DNA from: a virus
Length of the DNA: 64,000 nt
Direction: 5' to 3' (one strand)
Virus record (IMG/VR): IMGVR_UViG_3300020442_000011
Span: 1-64,000 of that record
Shown: positions 30,622 through 39,902 of the stretch, in pieces
Layout of the letters: each line of letters begins with the position of its first letter
How positions within the stretch are numbered: the first letter of the stretch is position 1
The notes under the pieces: generated by a model
The model's input: the letters and a program-made list of their open reading frames with translations, nothing else
What the model was told of the DNA's origin: nothing
Databases searched by the model: none
Position numbers and translations under genes: made by a program

Positions 30622-31749
30622 ATGAAACTTGTTAAAGTTCGACCTATCGACAATTCTTTTAAACTTAACATGTTGCTGGGTATTACAGAGAACGATAATA
30701 TTAGAGTTCCAAACGATCAACGTTTCCTTCTTCGATTTGTTTTCCTTTCCAATCGAAATAAATTCCAACATCTTCTTTCGGAATGTTTTCCCGATATAGA
30801 TACGGCAGGTACTATATTCTTGGGTATGGGTAAGATCGACATAGAAGAGGAGATACAGACGCTTTATTCGTCTGAGGTAGGGATTGTAAAATATACGGTG
30901 GACACCACTGGTCACCGTAGTCTTCGAGAGGTTAACCAGTTACCATTTATTGTTCTTAAAGGTGCTGTGTACATTGTGATCATGGAATTGGGAGAGACCC
31001 CTGTTTCTAATCTACCCGTTAGACCTAAACTCTACGACGACGAACTTTTAACCATCGAGGGGCATACCGATCAATATTGGGGCTCTATCCTTAAGTTACA
31101 TGAAGTCGATAAATTCTTCAATGGTTATTGGCACGATGACTATAATCGTTTCTACAACGTCATCACGAATCATTGGTCCTTAGGTGCGTGGTGGATCACC
31201 AATTGTTATTTGTTTAATCCAATTGCTCGTAAACTATTCGACCACCCGACCTTTGTAAATGAACTTAGACCTTCCGCAAGAGTTATTAGTGATAACCTAG
31301 AACCTGTCAATATCCACACGTTTAATCTCTTTGTAAGGTTAATGGGACTTAACCATCTTCGATACGAAAACATATTGCCGACGGAGTTCCCTTGCTGTTT
31401 TCCAACATATTACTTTGCGATCAGTTTCTTCACCAGTAGTGTAATCCGCCAGCTAGCCGAGGATACTTTAACGCCCGAACAAATCCCGCTTGTTTTAGAA
31501 TACGTGTTCAGAGCAATAGGGGAAATGCTGTTGGGAAGGTACCATGACCTCTTAGGTAAAAGCGACATTCCTTTTGCCGAGATAAGTTTTCATTATCCAG
31601 TCGAATCCCAGATAACCCGCCTTGACCGTCCTTCTTTCCTAGAAACGTCTCCGCTTCTCTATGATCGTTTTGAAACATACAAGAAATTGATTAAAGAGAT
31701 ACCCGTTGAGGAGTATTTCCATGTCTTACCCTACCCTGAAAATGAATGA
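30622..31749 (+). CDS. Hypothetical protein
   Basis: Start moved to ATG 30622 (GAGG RBS) because the track start lies across a hairpin. Confidence 0.65.
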   Translation: MKLVKVRPIDNSFKLNMLLGITENDNIRVPNDQRFLLRFVFLSNRNKFQHLLSECFPDIDTAGTIFLGMGKIDIEEEIQTLYSSEVGIVKYTVDTTGHRSLREVNQLPFIVLKGAVYIVIMELGETPVSNLPVRPKLYDDELLTIEGHTDQYWGSILKLHEVDKFFNGYWHDDYNRFYNVITNHWSLGAWWITNCYLFNPIARKLFDHPTFVNELRPSARVISDNLEPVNIHTFNLFVRLMGLNHLRYENILPTEFPCCFPTYYFAISFFTSSVIRQLAEDTLTPEQIPLVLEYVFRAIGEMLLGRYHDLLGKSDIPFAEISFHYPVESQITRLDRPSFLETSPLLYDRFETYKKLIKEIPVEEYFHVLPYPENE

Positions 31750-32389
31750 CGACTTAGTCCTGTATTTCCCAGATGAAACACTTAAGTCGTTATCAGCGAA
31801 AGATATGAAAGCGTATGTTGAGTTTATCCTTAATCGAAATAAATTCAACTGCGTAGGACCTGGTGAAATGCCGTGTGGGGTCGCACTCGAACTTATGGAA
31901 AAAGAACTCGCCTATGTAGAATTTTACAAGGGTGATTTTCTTTCTGTTGATGTTGTTGACAAGCACAGGGTGGCTATTCGTCGTTTGAGTAACCACCCGT
32001 CTGATAAACGCAAAAAAATGTGCGTTGTAGTCGACTATTGCCATCTCAATGACGTGATGGATGAGTTGTTACGCCCAGTCATTGAAATCTTAAACGATGA
32101 CGTCTTTTCTGGTAACACCGGTCCCGCAGAGTTTTTGATAAGATACGTCATGGGTAGACTATATAGGAAAACCACAGGTTTATGGCCTAACCATGCGGCG
32201 GTTTTAAACGATTATCTTGAACGAACTTATTCTGCACGTAACGAACACAGTCGTCTCTATCGACTTGTTGTAGAACTGGAAGATCTCTTCTGGTTCGATA
32301 TTGACCCTAGTCGTTTAACGGTTTATATTCATGAACCTAAAACGAAGAGTGTCACTTTATACTTTAACGTTAATGGAGTTTTATCATGA
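31721..32389 (+). CDS. Hypothetical protein
   Basis: ATG 31721 with GAGGAG RBS, ATGA overlap with phuZ. Confidence 0.65.
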   Translation: MSYPTLKMNDDLVLYFPDETLKSLSAKDMKAYVEFILNRNKFNCVGPGEMPCGVALELMEKELAYVEFYKGDFLSVDVVDKHRVAIRRLSNHPSDKRKKMCVVVDYCHLNDVMDELLRPVIEILNDDVFSGNTGPAEFLIRYVMGRLYRKTTGLWPNHAAVLNDYLERTYSARNEHSRLYRLVVELEDLFWFDIDPSRLTVYIHEPKTKSVTLYFNVNGVLS

Positions 32390-33327
32390 AAAAAGTAAAA
32401 GTCTATGCATGTGGTGGCCTTGGCATGAATATCGGTTCGTCGCTGACATCTGATCTTTACGATGTTGCGTATATCGATTCGTCCAAATCTAACGTCAACC
32501 AGAGTGTTGACTCTGAGAAAGTAACCTACGTCAACGGTATTAAAGGTACCGGTGGATCGGGGGGCCATCGTGTTAACAATTACAAACCGATCTCTGAGAT
32601 GATCCCCTCGTTTATTTCAGCGAACCAACCTGCTGACTTGAACATCGTGGTGTTCTCACTCTCAGGCGGTACTGGTTCTGTTGCCGGTCCATTAACCGTA
32701 GGTGAGTTACTGCGTAATGGTCATCCGACTGCATGTGTGGTGTTGGGCGATCCGACTTCTCAGAAATTCCTAGATAACACGATCGCTACTCTGAAATCAC
32801 TGGAAGGGATCAGTGCTGCCCGTGGTCTCCCGGTTGTCATGAACTATCATGAGAATGGCCCTCAATCATGGGGAGATGTTGACGACATGATGCGCTATGC
32901 CATCAATGCTATCGCGGAGTTGGGTTCACAACAGAATTCACATATGGATCTGATGGACGTCTCCAACTTCTTCCAGTACACCAAAGTCACCGATGCCTTC
33001 GCGCAGCTGGCTTGCTTGGATATCTTCGACACACGCTCTGGTGCTAGCAAATCTATCGAACCGGTAGCGATTGCGTCTCTCTACACCAATCGTGATGAGT
33101 ATAAGAACTTCGGTGATGCCAAGTACAGTATCCATGGTTTCCCTGATAAACCGATCATGGGCGGTGATCAACTCCATTTCTTGATTAATCATTCTGGAGT
33201 TGCTCCAATTGTCACTGACCTTCAGAGTCATCGCGATGAGCTGGCTCGTAAGTACAGTGCTCAAAAGCAGCGTCAATCACTGGTGGATCGTGATGACAAT
33301 GTTGATGACAACGGCATGGTGATCTAA
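32386..33327 (+). CDS. phuZ: Phage tubulin PhuZ
   Basis: ACGGLGMNIG, GGSGG, tubulin signature SLSGGTGS, T7-like DLMDV, acidic C-tail DDNGMVI. Confidence 0.95.
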   Translation: MKKVKVYACGGLGMNIGSSLTSDLYDVAYIDSSKSNVNQSVDSEKVTYVNGIKGTGGSGGHRVNNYKPISEMIPSFISANQPADLNIVVFSLSGGTGSVAGPLTVGELLRNGHPTACVVLGDPTSQKFLDNTIATLKSLEGISAARGLPVVMNYHENGPQSWGDVDDMMRYAINAIAELGSQQNSHMDLMDVSNFFQYTKVTDAFAQLACLDIFDTRSGASKSIEPVAIASLYTNRDEYKNFGDAKYSIHGFPDKPIMGGDQLHFLINHSGVAPIVTDLQSHRDELARKYSAQKQRQSLVDRDDNVDDNGMVI

Positions 33328-33337
33328 ACCTTACGAT

Positions 33338-33368
33338 AGTAGGGGATCGTATGAAAAGGTCTCCTACT
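33338..33368 (+). terminator. Hairpin after phuZ
   Basis: AGTAGGGGA...TCTCCTACT then TT. Confidence 0.55.
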
Positions 33369-33386
33369 TTATCTCGAGGTTCACAT

Positions 33387-33896
33387 ATGTTACATCGTCT
33401 TCTAGCTGATCATTCTGATGAGTTCGTAACCGTTGCTTATGAGCAAGGTTCTTGGGTTCACCCACAGCTAAAATACATGGTTGTTACACCCAAGCGCATC
33501 GATTTTCATTTACAGGATGATCGCACAGTCACGTTAACTGTAACAGGTGATGGGGAGCTAACATTGGTGGTTCCACCCCCTGTCCAACAGCAATATCGAC
33601 AGCTTTATAATGTCAATGTGGTCGATGCAGACGTGTTTATCACGTTAAATAAAATCGTCCATGTTCAATTTCAAAAAGACGGTGTTCCGGTTACCGATGC
33701 CCAGTGGGTGTTATCGACAGACGATGACCCCCGTTTACGGAAAGCATTAACCAACCGCTTTTTGAAAGATGGTCGCCAATGGATGGACCCTATCGACATA
33801 AACACATTTTCTATCTGGAGGCAGTATGATACAACTACCACCTTCATTACAGAAGAAACTAGCGAAGAACCCACACCACCGGAAACGGCAAGCTGA
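33387..33896 (+). CDS. Hypothetical protein
   Basis: Start moved to ATG 33387 (GAGG RBS, downstream of hairpin). Confidence 0.6.
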   Translation: MLHRLLADHSDEFVTVAYEQGSWVHPQLKYMVVTPKRIDFHLQDDRTVTLTVTGDGELTLVVPPPVQQQYRQLYNVNVVDADVFITLNKIVHVQFQKDGVPVTDAQWVLSTDDDPRLRKALTNRFLKDGRQWMDPIDINTFSIWRQYDTTTTFITEETSEEPTPPETAS

Positions 33897-33975
33897 ACGA
33901 CATGCCGCACGTAAAAAAGGGAAAACCATTTCCCCTAAAATCGATCCGACTACCGGTAAGGAGTTTGGAAAATGA
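33826..33975 (+). CDS. 49-aa highly basic protein
   Basis: Not in ORF track. GGAGG RBS at 33817-33821, ATGA coupling to the 33972 gene. Sequence MIQLPPSLQKKLAKNPHHRKRQAERHAARKKGKTISPKIDPTTGKEFGK. Confidence 0.6.
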   Translation: MIQLPPSLQKKLAKNPHHRKRQAERHAARKKGKTISPKIDPTTGKEFGK

Positions 33976-34223
33976 AAGAAGATATTCGATATCCAGATGA
34001 AGAGAATAAAACACCACCAGCAAGTGATCTTCGTCGCGAACATGTTGTACAAAGTGTCGCCCAAGCATTTGGTAGTCACGATATTTTCGACGAACGTCCA
34101 CGGTCGAAGAGACGAGTGTCGGACTATGTTCAGCAACGTTTGATTAATCAGGCCGAAGAACGCCGTGAGAAGCGTCGCTTAAAGCGACTAAAGCAAGAAT
34201 TCCGCAACAGTAGAATGGGGTAA
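33972..34223 (+). CDS. Small protein with Arg/Lys-rich C-terminal helix
   Basis: 83 aa, TAAGGAG RBS. Confidence 0.65.
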   Translation: MKEDIRYPDEENKTPPASDLRREHVVQSVAQAFGSHDIFDERPRSKRRVSDYVQQRLINQAEERREKRRLKRLKQEFRNSRMG

Positions 34224-34264
34224 CTATTATCGCTAAGTCATCTAACTATGCGATCGACTTAGCG

Positions 34265-34726
34265 TTGGTTTCTGAAACACAGCGTGAATTATCACCGTTT
34301 ACTTTAAAATTGGATCATCTCGTTGAGATCAATCCGCAGTCAGGAGGATTCTATTTTGCGTTCATTGATAACGGACAAGTTGTTTATGATTATTTGTCTA
34401 TTACTAACAATATCAATGGTCGTCGTCTTAAGCCGGGCAGGTTCTTCTTATCCGCCACTATGGCCCAACGACTTCGAGATAAACATTATAAACGGTGGTA
34501 CTATGCTGACAGGGATTATGTCTACCCCCTGAAAAAGGAAACATACCAACGCTTTATTGATCGCTTCATGTGTATCGAAACGAACGATGATCTCTCTCAC
34601 CAACAAAAGGTCGCTATCGAAATACCTACCATGAATCTGCGTAAGAAACCTCTGCTAGAAAATCGACCTGATAAAATTGCTTGGTGTGATCGTCCTGCTA
34701 AAAAAGAATGTCCGGAAACGGCATAG
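34265..34726 (+). CDS. Hypothetical protein (start uncertain)
   Basis: 153-aa ORF with a TTG start and no clear RBS. Frame is open back to 34214. Confidence 0.5.
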   Translation: MVSETQRELSPFTLKLDHLVEINPQSGGFYFAFIDNGQVVYDYLSITNNINGRRLKPGRFFLSATMAQRLRDKHYKRWYYADRDYVYPLKKETYQRFIDRFMCIETNDDLSHQQKVAIEIPTMNLRKKPLLENRPDKIAWCDRPAKKECPETA

Positions 34727-34751
34727 AGCATCGCCTATTAGGCGATGCTCT
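34725..34751. terminator. Bidirectional hairpin
   Basis: AGAGCATCGCCTA-T-TAGGCGATGCTCT between convergent genes. Confidence 0.75.
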
Positions 34752-34762
34752 TATTTTTTGTC

Positions 34763-35569
34763 TTACGGGGCACCCACAATCGTTCTTGCCCAGCTACGGC
34801 GGCGTTCAGGATCATTCAGAATAGAGATCTTCTTGAAGCGGTTCAATTCATCGCGATACATCTCGTCAGCGTCTGCATAGCCCATGACGATGTCCAAGAA
34901 TGAACCTAGTGTTTGGCCGCCAGAAAGAAACCCTTCATCGATTTGGATACGAAGCTTATTATAAACATAAGCTTTTGTAGCCAGTACGCAAAGATTAGCA
35001 AAAGCGTGGTATGCTTGGTGTCGGATGTGACTCAATGCATCATCGTTACCCAGTCGAACATGAATATAAGAACTGACATTGGGCGCGTGTACATAACGGG
35101 CCATAATGGTGTTATGTGCAATGATGTTCAAATAAGAAGTCCGTACAGGTGTCGATTGCTGAGCTGAATCTAACACACGCTGCAAATTGCCCGACATGGC
35201 TGATTGAGCGTGGTGTGTGAACAATCCTGCGTTTTGATAGCCTAGAACACCAAAGTGGATACCGTATACCTGGACAATAGGTCGACCTTGAGTAAGTTCA
35301 TCAGGTATGGTGTAGATAACAGTGAATGGGTCTTTAGGGTCTACATTGACCCCGTTTTGAAGGGGGAAGTACGCATCGGTACCACCGGTAATATCAATAT
35401 CAGTAAACACCCGTGGTTCAAGGATAGCTTCTCGAATGCGGGTATCAAGCGACACTAGGTTTTGTGGTAGATTGGGTTCTCTACGGATGAAGGCTTCTTC
35501 AAGAATTTCTCTAGGGATTCTGAATCGAATCTCATCTGTGGCCTTTTGGATAGGACTCATACTCATCAT
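34763..35569 (-). CDS. Conserved phiKZ-like core protein (gp42-like, probably virion-associated)
   Basis: 268 aa, TAAGGAG RBS, synteny between phuZ and DNA polymerase. Confidence 0.5.
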   Translation of the reverse strand: MMSMSPIQKATDEIRFRIPREILEEAFIRREPNLPQNLVSLDTRIREAILEPRVFTDIDITGGTDAYFPLQNGVNVDPKDPFTVIYTIPDELTQGRPIVQVYGIHFGVLGYQNAGLFTHHAQSAMSGNLQRVLDSAQQSTPVRTSYLNIIAHNTIMARYVHAPNVSSYIHVRLGNDDALSHIRHQAYHAFANLCVLATKAYVYNKLRIQIDEGFLSGGQTLGSFLDIVMGYADADEMYRDELNRFKKISILNDPERRRSWARTIVGAP

Positions 35570-35672
35570 AAACTCCTTATTAGCTTCTGTGAGCGTTTTT
35601 AAAGGTAGATACTATACTACCCACCCCTATCATATAGGGAGGGCCTTAGAAAGCTTCCTACGGCTTTTTAAG

Positions 35673-35682
35673 TCTACATCAT
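35673..35682 (+). promoter_or_regulatory. Early promoter motif
   Basis: TCTACATCAT 40 nt upstream of the 35722 operon. Confidence 0.55.
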
Positions 35683-35721
35683 AAAGGTAGTAATACACGT
35701 AATCATAGGGCGTCAATTAAA

Positions 35722-36729
35722 ATGTCAAATAATCATGTTCTTTATGCATTAGATGTCAATGCAGTTATCCATTCCGTTAAGAAAGGGCTAAGTCGACTCA
35801 ACGAGCCTTTTCGAACGAAACAGATTGTCACATATAAAGAAGTCACATGTCCAACGGAAATTGATTGTGGTGTAAATGAATTCGGACGTCGTGTTGTTGG
35901 CGTTTCTTACAAGAAGGTATATGAGCCCGTTGAAGAGATCGTTGATCTCCAGCTAAATATCAACGTAACAGACGCACTTGCGTCACGTGTTTTTAGCCAT
36001 CTTCTTTATGAACAATATACACAGCTTTGTGCCTACCTAACAGTTGAAAACCAGGAAGTCACCATTGCTGAAGATATCTTCGATGGGGATGCAAACGCCA
36101 ATCACCTTCTCATTCTCGAATATCTTTTCCAAACAAAAGAAATGCAAAACGTTGAGGTGGAAATCAATCATCTACTAAGAATGATTGTGTCTGAGCCATG
36201 GCGTGAATGGAAACTCATTTATAATAGAGGTACGTTCCTAATTTATGGTACAAGAGATCATCGTATCTTAGAATGGGAACAGATGACGGGTAATACACCC
36301 GATGAAGAAAATGAATTCACAGTTAATGTAGGTCATATTCTTTCTTACCTAACCTCTCAGCTGGATAAGAAAAGTACTTTCCTACGACCAGTGGTCGATA
36401 CATTGTTTATGCGAGCATTGCGCTGTGAGATGCGGGATGTCATCGTAACAGTACCTAAATACCCAGTTGATCGCCCACCTTACGAAGAGTTCGCTTTATT
36501 CATGGGTCGTGTGTTACCTATCGCAACCGCGTTCATTGAAGGTACGGTAGAAAAAACATTACCGAAGCGTCCTGGATGCAATACCCTTTGCCGACTAGAA
36601 GGTGATCGTCTAGTTTTTAGCTATCAGACGGATAGTCAGAAATTCAACGAAGAACGTGAAGAACTTTTACGTTCTATGGAATACCAAGATTATGTACCAG
36701 CTAGACTACGAAAACAGTACGCCTTGTAG
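35722..36729 (+). CDS. Hypothetical protein
   Basis: 335-aa ORF heading an overlapping gene run. Confidence 0.7.
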   Translation: MSNNHVLYALDVNAVIHSVKKGLSRLNEPFRTKQIVTYKEVTCPTEIDCGVNEFGRRVVGVSYKKVYEPVEEIVDLQLNINVTDALASRVFSHLLYEQYTQLCAYLTVENQEVTIAEDIFDGDANANHLLILEYLFQTKEMQNVEVEINHLLRMIVSEPWREWKLIYNRGTFLIYGTRDHRILEWEQMTGNTPDEENEFTVNVGHILSYLTSQLDKKSTFLRPVVDTLFMRALRCEMRDVIVTVPKYPVDRPPYEEFALFMGRVLPIATAFIEGTVEKTLPKRPGCNTLCRLEGDRLVFSYQTDSQKFNEEREELLRSMEYQDYVPARLRKQYAL

Positions 36730-37129
36730 GGTAGCCGTTATCATTGATCTGGTTGAGTTTTTACGAGACGCTCCAGGCTTTTTTGCCTGGAGCGATATAT
36801 TGTCATTACCTCGATCAGAAATAATGAAGGTGGTATGTCATATTGCTGATGTCATACCAATTGGCTTCCAGCCGAATAGCGTCGATTATTATCCCATTAT
36901 GGATAGCTTTCGACAATCGATTTATTACATCTTTGATGACAACCCTACAGTAATACCAAGACCTATATTCGTGGATGAAGAATACCAGAATAAGGTGAGT
37001 CGGTTTGAAGATGAAGTTATCGATTTGGCTTTTCAGTTGCGCAATCGTCTTCCTGCGTCTGTGGTCTTCATCCGTTTCGTTGCGTTCATTCCCGGTAACG
37101 CATTCATGATTGAGGTGGAATACCAATGA
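36692..37129 (+). CDS. Hypothetical protein
   Basis: First in-frame ATG 36692, ATGA overlap with next gene. Confidence 0.55.
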   Translation: MYQLDYENSTPCRVAVIIDLVEFLRDAPGFFAWSDILSLPRSEIMKVVCHIADVIPIGFQPNSVDYYPIMDSFRQSIYYIFDDNPTVIPRPIFVDEEYQNKVSRFEDEVIDLAFQLRNRLPASVVFIRFVAFIPGNAFMIEVEYQ

Positions 37130-37680
37130 CTTTCGTCACACACCCAGAAAAAATAAAACGATCTCAAGACACTAAAACCATAATGGTGGTAATCGAACCT
37201 GAAACATCCGCACTAACAAACCTTTTCTCAATATCTCAGAACCTCTATCAGAAAGGTAAGTACACACATGAAACTATTCGTTTAGCGTGGCATGTGTCGT
37301 TAGAAATCATATTGGATGAAGTGGTCCAACGTCTAATAGGTCATCCCATTTCGACTGATTCACCCGAAGAAATAATTAGACGCATTAGGTCGCTCGAGCA
37401 ATATTACATTGATCGAGGACACACCGCAGGTCAAACATGGACTATCGACCGACGTGGTGTCTTGATTGATGGCCCTAACGAAGATTTCATTGAACTGTGC
37501 TTAGCATTGATTTTCCATTTTTCAGGAAATAGCCAGGTACATCAAATTTTTACTGATATTGCTAAACATTATAGTGACGCACTACCATCCCTCTCAACCA
37601 CGTCTATCAACTTTCTAGAAAATGGTAGATACCTTGTTTATATAACGGTGAATATAAATGCAATTGGTGCCAATCCCTAA
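37126..37680 (+). CDS. Hypothetical protein
   Basis: 184 aa, GAGGTG RBS. Confidence 0.65.
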   Translation: MTFVTHPEKIKRSQDTKTIMVVIEPETSALTNLFSISQNLYQKGKYTHETIRLAWHVSLEIILDEVVQRLIGHPISTDSPEEIIRRIRSLEQYYIDRGHTAGQTWTIDRRGVLIDGPNEDFIELCLALIFHFSGNSQVHQIFTDIAKHYSDALPSLSTTSINFLENGRYLVYITVNINAIGANP

Positions 37681-38143
37681 CCGTCACATGACGGTTTTCT
37701 TTGACCGCCTTTATATCGAGAACACATTTCTTCGCCCTATCGTCATGTGGTTGGACGTTCGAGTTATAGACCCACTTACGCATGATTCGATGGACCGTAC
37801 ATCTTACATTACAAATAATGTCTATGAGGCATTAGCGTTGTTCTTATATGGTGCCAGCACTAATGTGCTTGATCGTTACTTTGAGGAGATTATTTCTAAT
37901 CACTTCCAGTTTAACTATACTGTTGATCGACACAACGTGAATCAGTTTTTAGCAGAAAAAGTCTACCCTAACTTTGAAAGTATTTTCCGCTTATTGTCAG
38001 GGGGTTGTCTGCAAGCAATCAGAGATGCGGCTAATATGGGATTAGAACCCGATAATTTCTTTTTCCATTTCCCTAGCCGTGCTGAAGGAGTACTCGTAAT
38101 AAACCTACAATCTTTTAGTGAGTCTGAATGTAATGAGACATAG
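37658..38143 (+). CDS. Hypothetical protein
   Basis: 161 aa, overlaps neighbours. Confidence 0.6.
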   Translation: MQLVPIPNRHMTVFFDRLYIENTFLRPIVMWLDVRVIDPLTHDSMDRTSYITNNVYEALALFLYGASTNVLDRYFEEIISNHFQFNYTVDRHNVNQFLAEKVYPNFESIFRLLSGGCLQAIRDAANMGLEPDNFFFHFPSRAEGVLVINLQSFSESECNET

Positions 38144-38621
38144 CGATGAAGTGACTGTAGATGCTCATATGGACGTTAGGCATTACTCTGTTATTATGCC
38201 AACTGACAATATAGTGATGGCTATGGTAGATGTATTTAACAGTACACTAATTAATTATGACGACGACAGCCAGATATGGGACGCCTTGGTCAATTACGTG
38301 TTTGTTAAATATTTCAAAGAGCCATGTGGTATCAATATGTCGGACATTAACGAAGTAGCAACCCAGTTAATGTCCCACTTCATTGGTGATATCTTCTACA
38401 TTGAACAATTTAAATTCGGCTTAATCGAGTTTGAACAGGAATTCTTTACATGTATCTCCCCACTCAAACGGGAATTGGCATCCAAAGACCTAGAGGTACT
38501 GAGAATGTACCCCATCAACGACATCGAGAATTACCAGACCATCACCATCATCGTGGACGCAATCAAACGGGATATGATGATCGCCCCATCCTTAACCGTC
38601 CAGGACGATCTTTTCGGTTAA
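38118..38621 (+). CDS. Hypothetical acidic protein
   Basis: 167 aa, overlaps neighbours. Confidence 0.6.
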   Translation: MSLNVMRHSDEVTVDAHMDVRHYSVIMPTDNIVMAMVDVFNSTLINYDDDSQIWDALVNYVFVKYFKEPCGINMSDINEVATQLMSHFIGDIFYIEQFKFGLIEFEQEFFTCISPLKRELASKDLEVLRMYPINDIENYQTITIIVDAIKRDMMIAPSLTVQDDLFG

Positions 38622-38641
38622 CAGTTCTGGATGAGGAGTTC

Positions 38642-38926
38642 TTGACGACGAATGTTTCAGACCTCGTCGATTTTAACTTCCTATCCATACTTTCAGGTCT
38701 TTTACCCGATGCGTATCGTTTCCTACAGAGTGGTAATCGCGAGTGTGATTTGTTCGCTGCTGTAGAATGGTACGTAACGTTTGTTTTTCCAGACGATGAT
38801 AAAGACCATATTTTGATTCGTTCGATTGTCAATGCGATCGAATACCTCGAAAAACATTTCCCTAATATTGTACATGTGATGATTCCACCCACCGAATTAC
38901 TGCTGTACATCTATGAACTAGAGTGA
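38642..38926 (+). CDS. Hypothetical protein (start uncertain)
   Basis: Fills the gap between 38621 and 38946. Nearest start is TTG 38642 with GAGGAG only 3 nt upstream. Confidence 0.4.
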   Translation: MTTNVSDLVDFNFLSILSGLLPDAYRFLQSGNRECDLFAAVEWYVTFVFPDDDKDHILIRSIVNAIEYLEKHFPNIVHVMIPPTELLLYIYELE

Positions 38927-38945
38927 CCCTTATTGGAGTGTCTTT

Positions 38946-39302
38946 GTGTACACAGCCGTTATTATACCAATAAAGGGGGTTAAGTCCCTCATTGATCTTC
39001 TGGTCGTGAATTACTATTTGGACGGTGACACTGATGGATGTGTAGATGAAGACACCGTGGATTTCCGTTCCATTCACATGTTTTCATCCTTGTTGCTTAC
39101 GGATTTCTTTGAGGGTGAATATGATGATAATGATGGTGAAATGCATCCAGGTATCGAAATGATACTGGGAGATATCGCCGATCAGATTGTCGAGTGGTTT
39201 GAAGGACATCCCGTTAAACTATCCTCACTTAAGCACATCGTCACCTTGCCTGATGATACCGACCATATTGGTTTATTCCTAAAAGGAGTTTCTAAGTCAT
39301 GA
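38946..39302 (+). CDS. Hypothetical acidic protein
   Basis: GTG start with GGAG RBS, ATGA overlap with next gene. Confidence 0.6.
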   Translation: MYTAVIIPIKGVKSLIDLLVVNYYLDGDTDGCVDEDTVDFRSIHMFSSLLLTDFFEGEYDDNDGEMHPGIEMILGDIADQIVEWFEGHPVKLSSLKHIVTLPDDTDHIGLFLKGVSKS

Positions 39303-39721
39303 GTTCTGAATTGACAATTTACGACATCCGCCCAAAACAAAAGTTTTCCTTTGAGGTCTATCCCACCGCGATCCTAGGTAACAATTTCCAGAATGTCCAA
39401 CTGTTGGCTATCAATGATGCCGAAACAGCTAGACGACTTGGATGGGATGTGGATTCTTTACACGCCACTATCTATCCAACACTCCCGTCAGGCGTTGTGG
39501 AGGATGATCCGGATAGTTACCCGTATGTTGAAATAAAAACAATTTCTGGTCAACGGCATATTGTCGGCGTTGAGTGGATAAAACCAGGCACTATCGAAAC
39601 CATCGTTTCGGGTCGAGTAACGATGATATTTGAAAACCGCAACCCTGCGGATATTGACCGAATTCTGGAGTCCTTATCGGCCATCGGACAATCCCCTTCA
39701 AATATTCGAAGAGAATCTTAA
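39299..39721 (+). CDS. Conserved phiKZ-like protein (gp49-like) upstream of DNA polymerase
   Basis: 140 aa, AAGGAG RBS, FEVYP..LG.NF.NV..H..IYP.LP..DDP..Y.Y pattern, synteny. Confidence 0.55.
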   Translation: MSSELTIYDIRPKQKFSFEVYPTAILGNNFQNVQLLAINDAETARRLGWDVDSLHATIYPTLPSGVVEDDPDSYPYVEIKTISGQRHIVGVEWIKPGTIETIVSGRVTMIFENRNPADIDRILESLSAIGQSPSNIRRES

Positions 39722-39813
39722 AATACTTAGGTATAACAATTATATGTTAGTGCTAAGCTGCTAGCCGCTCCTTACCCTTCAGTATCCGATGGTGTGAGTG
39801 AAATGAGACATTA

Positions 39814-39833
39814 CCCCTCCCAAATGGGAGGGG
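39814..39833. terminator. Hairpin (CCCA-TGGG family)
   Basis: CCCCTCCCA-AA-TGGGAGGGG, then TTTTATGTC. Confidence 0.7.
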
Positions 39834-39902
39834 CCTTTTATGTCATTACCTATTTTTTTTTTTACGTCTACCTGTTATCATGTAGAGGAAAAGGAGGGTA
39901 TC

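Noticed and set aside
30465-30671. 68-aa minus ORF and the 30556 start of the next gene
   Set aside because: Both run through a terminator-like hairpin and lack an RBS.
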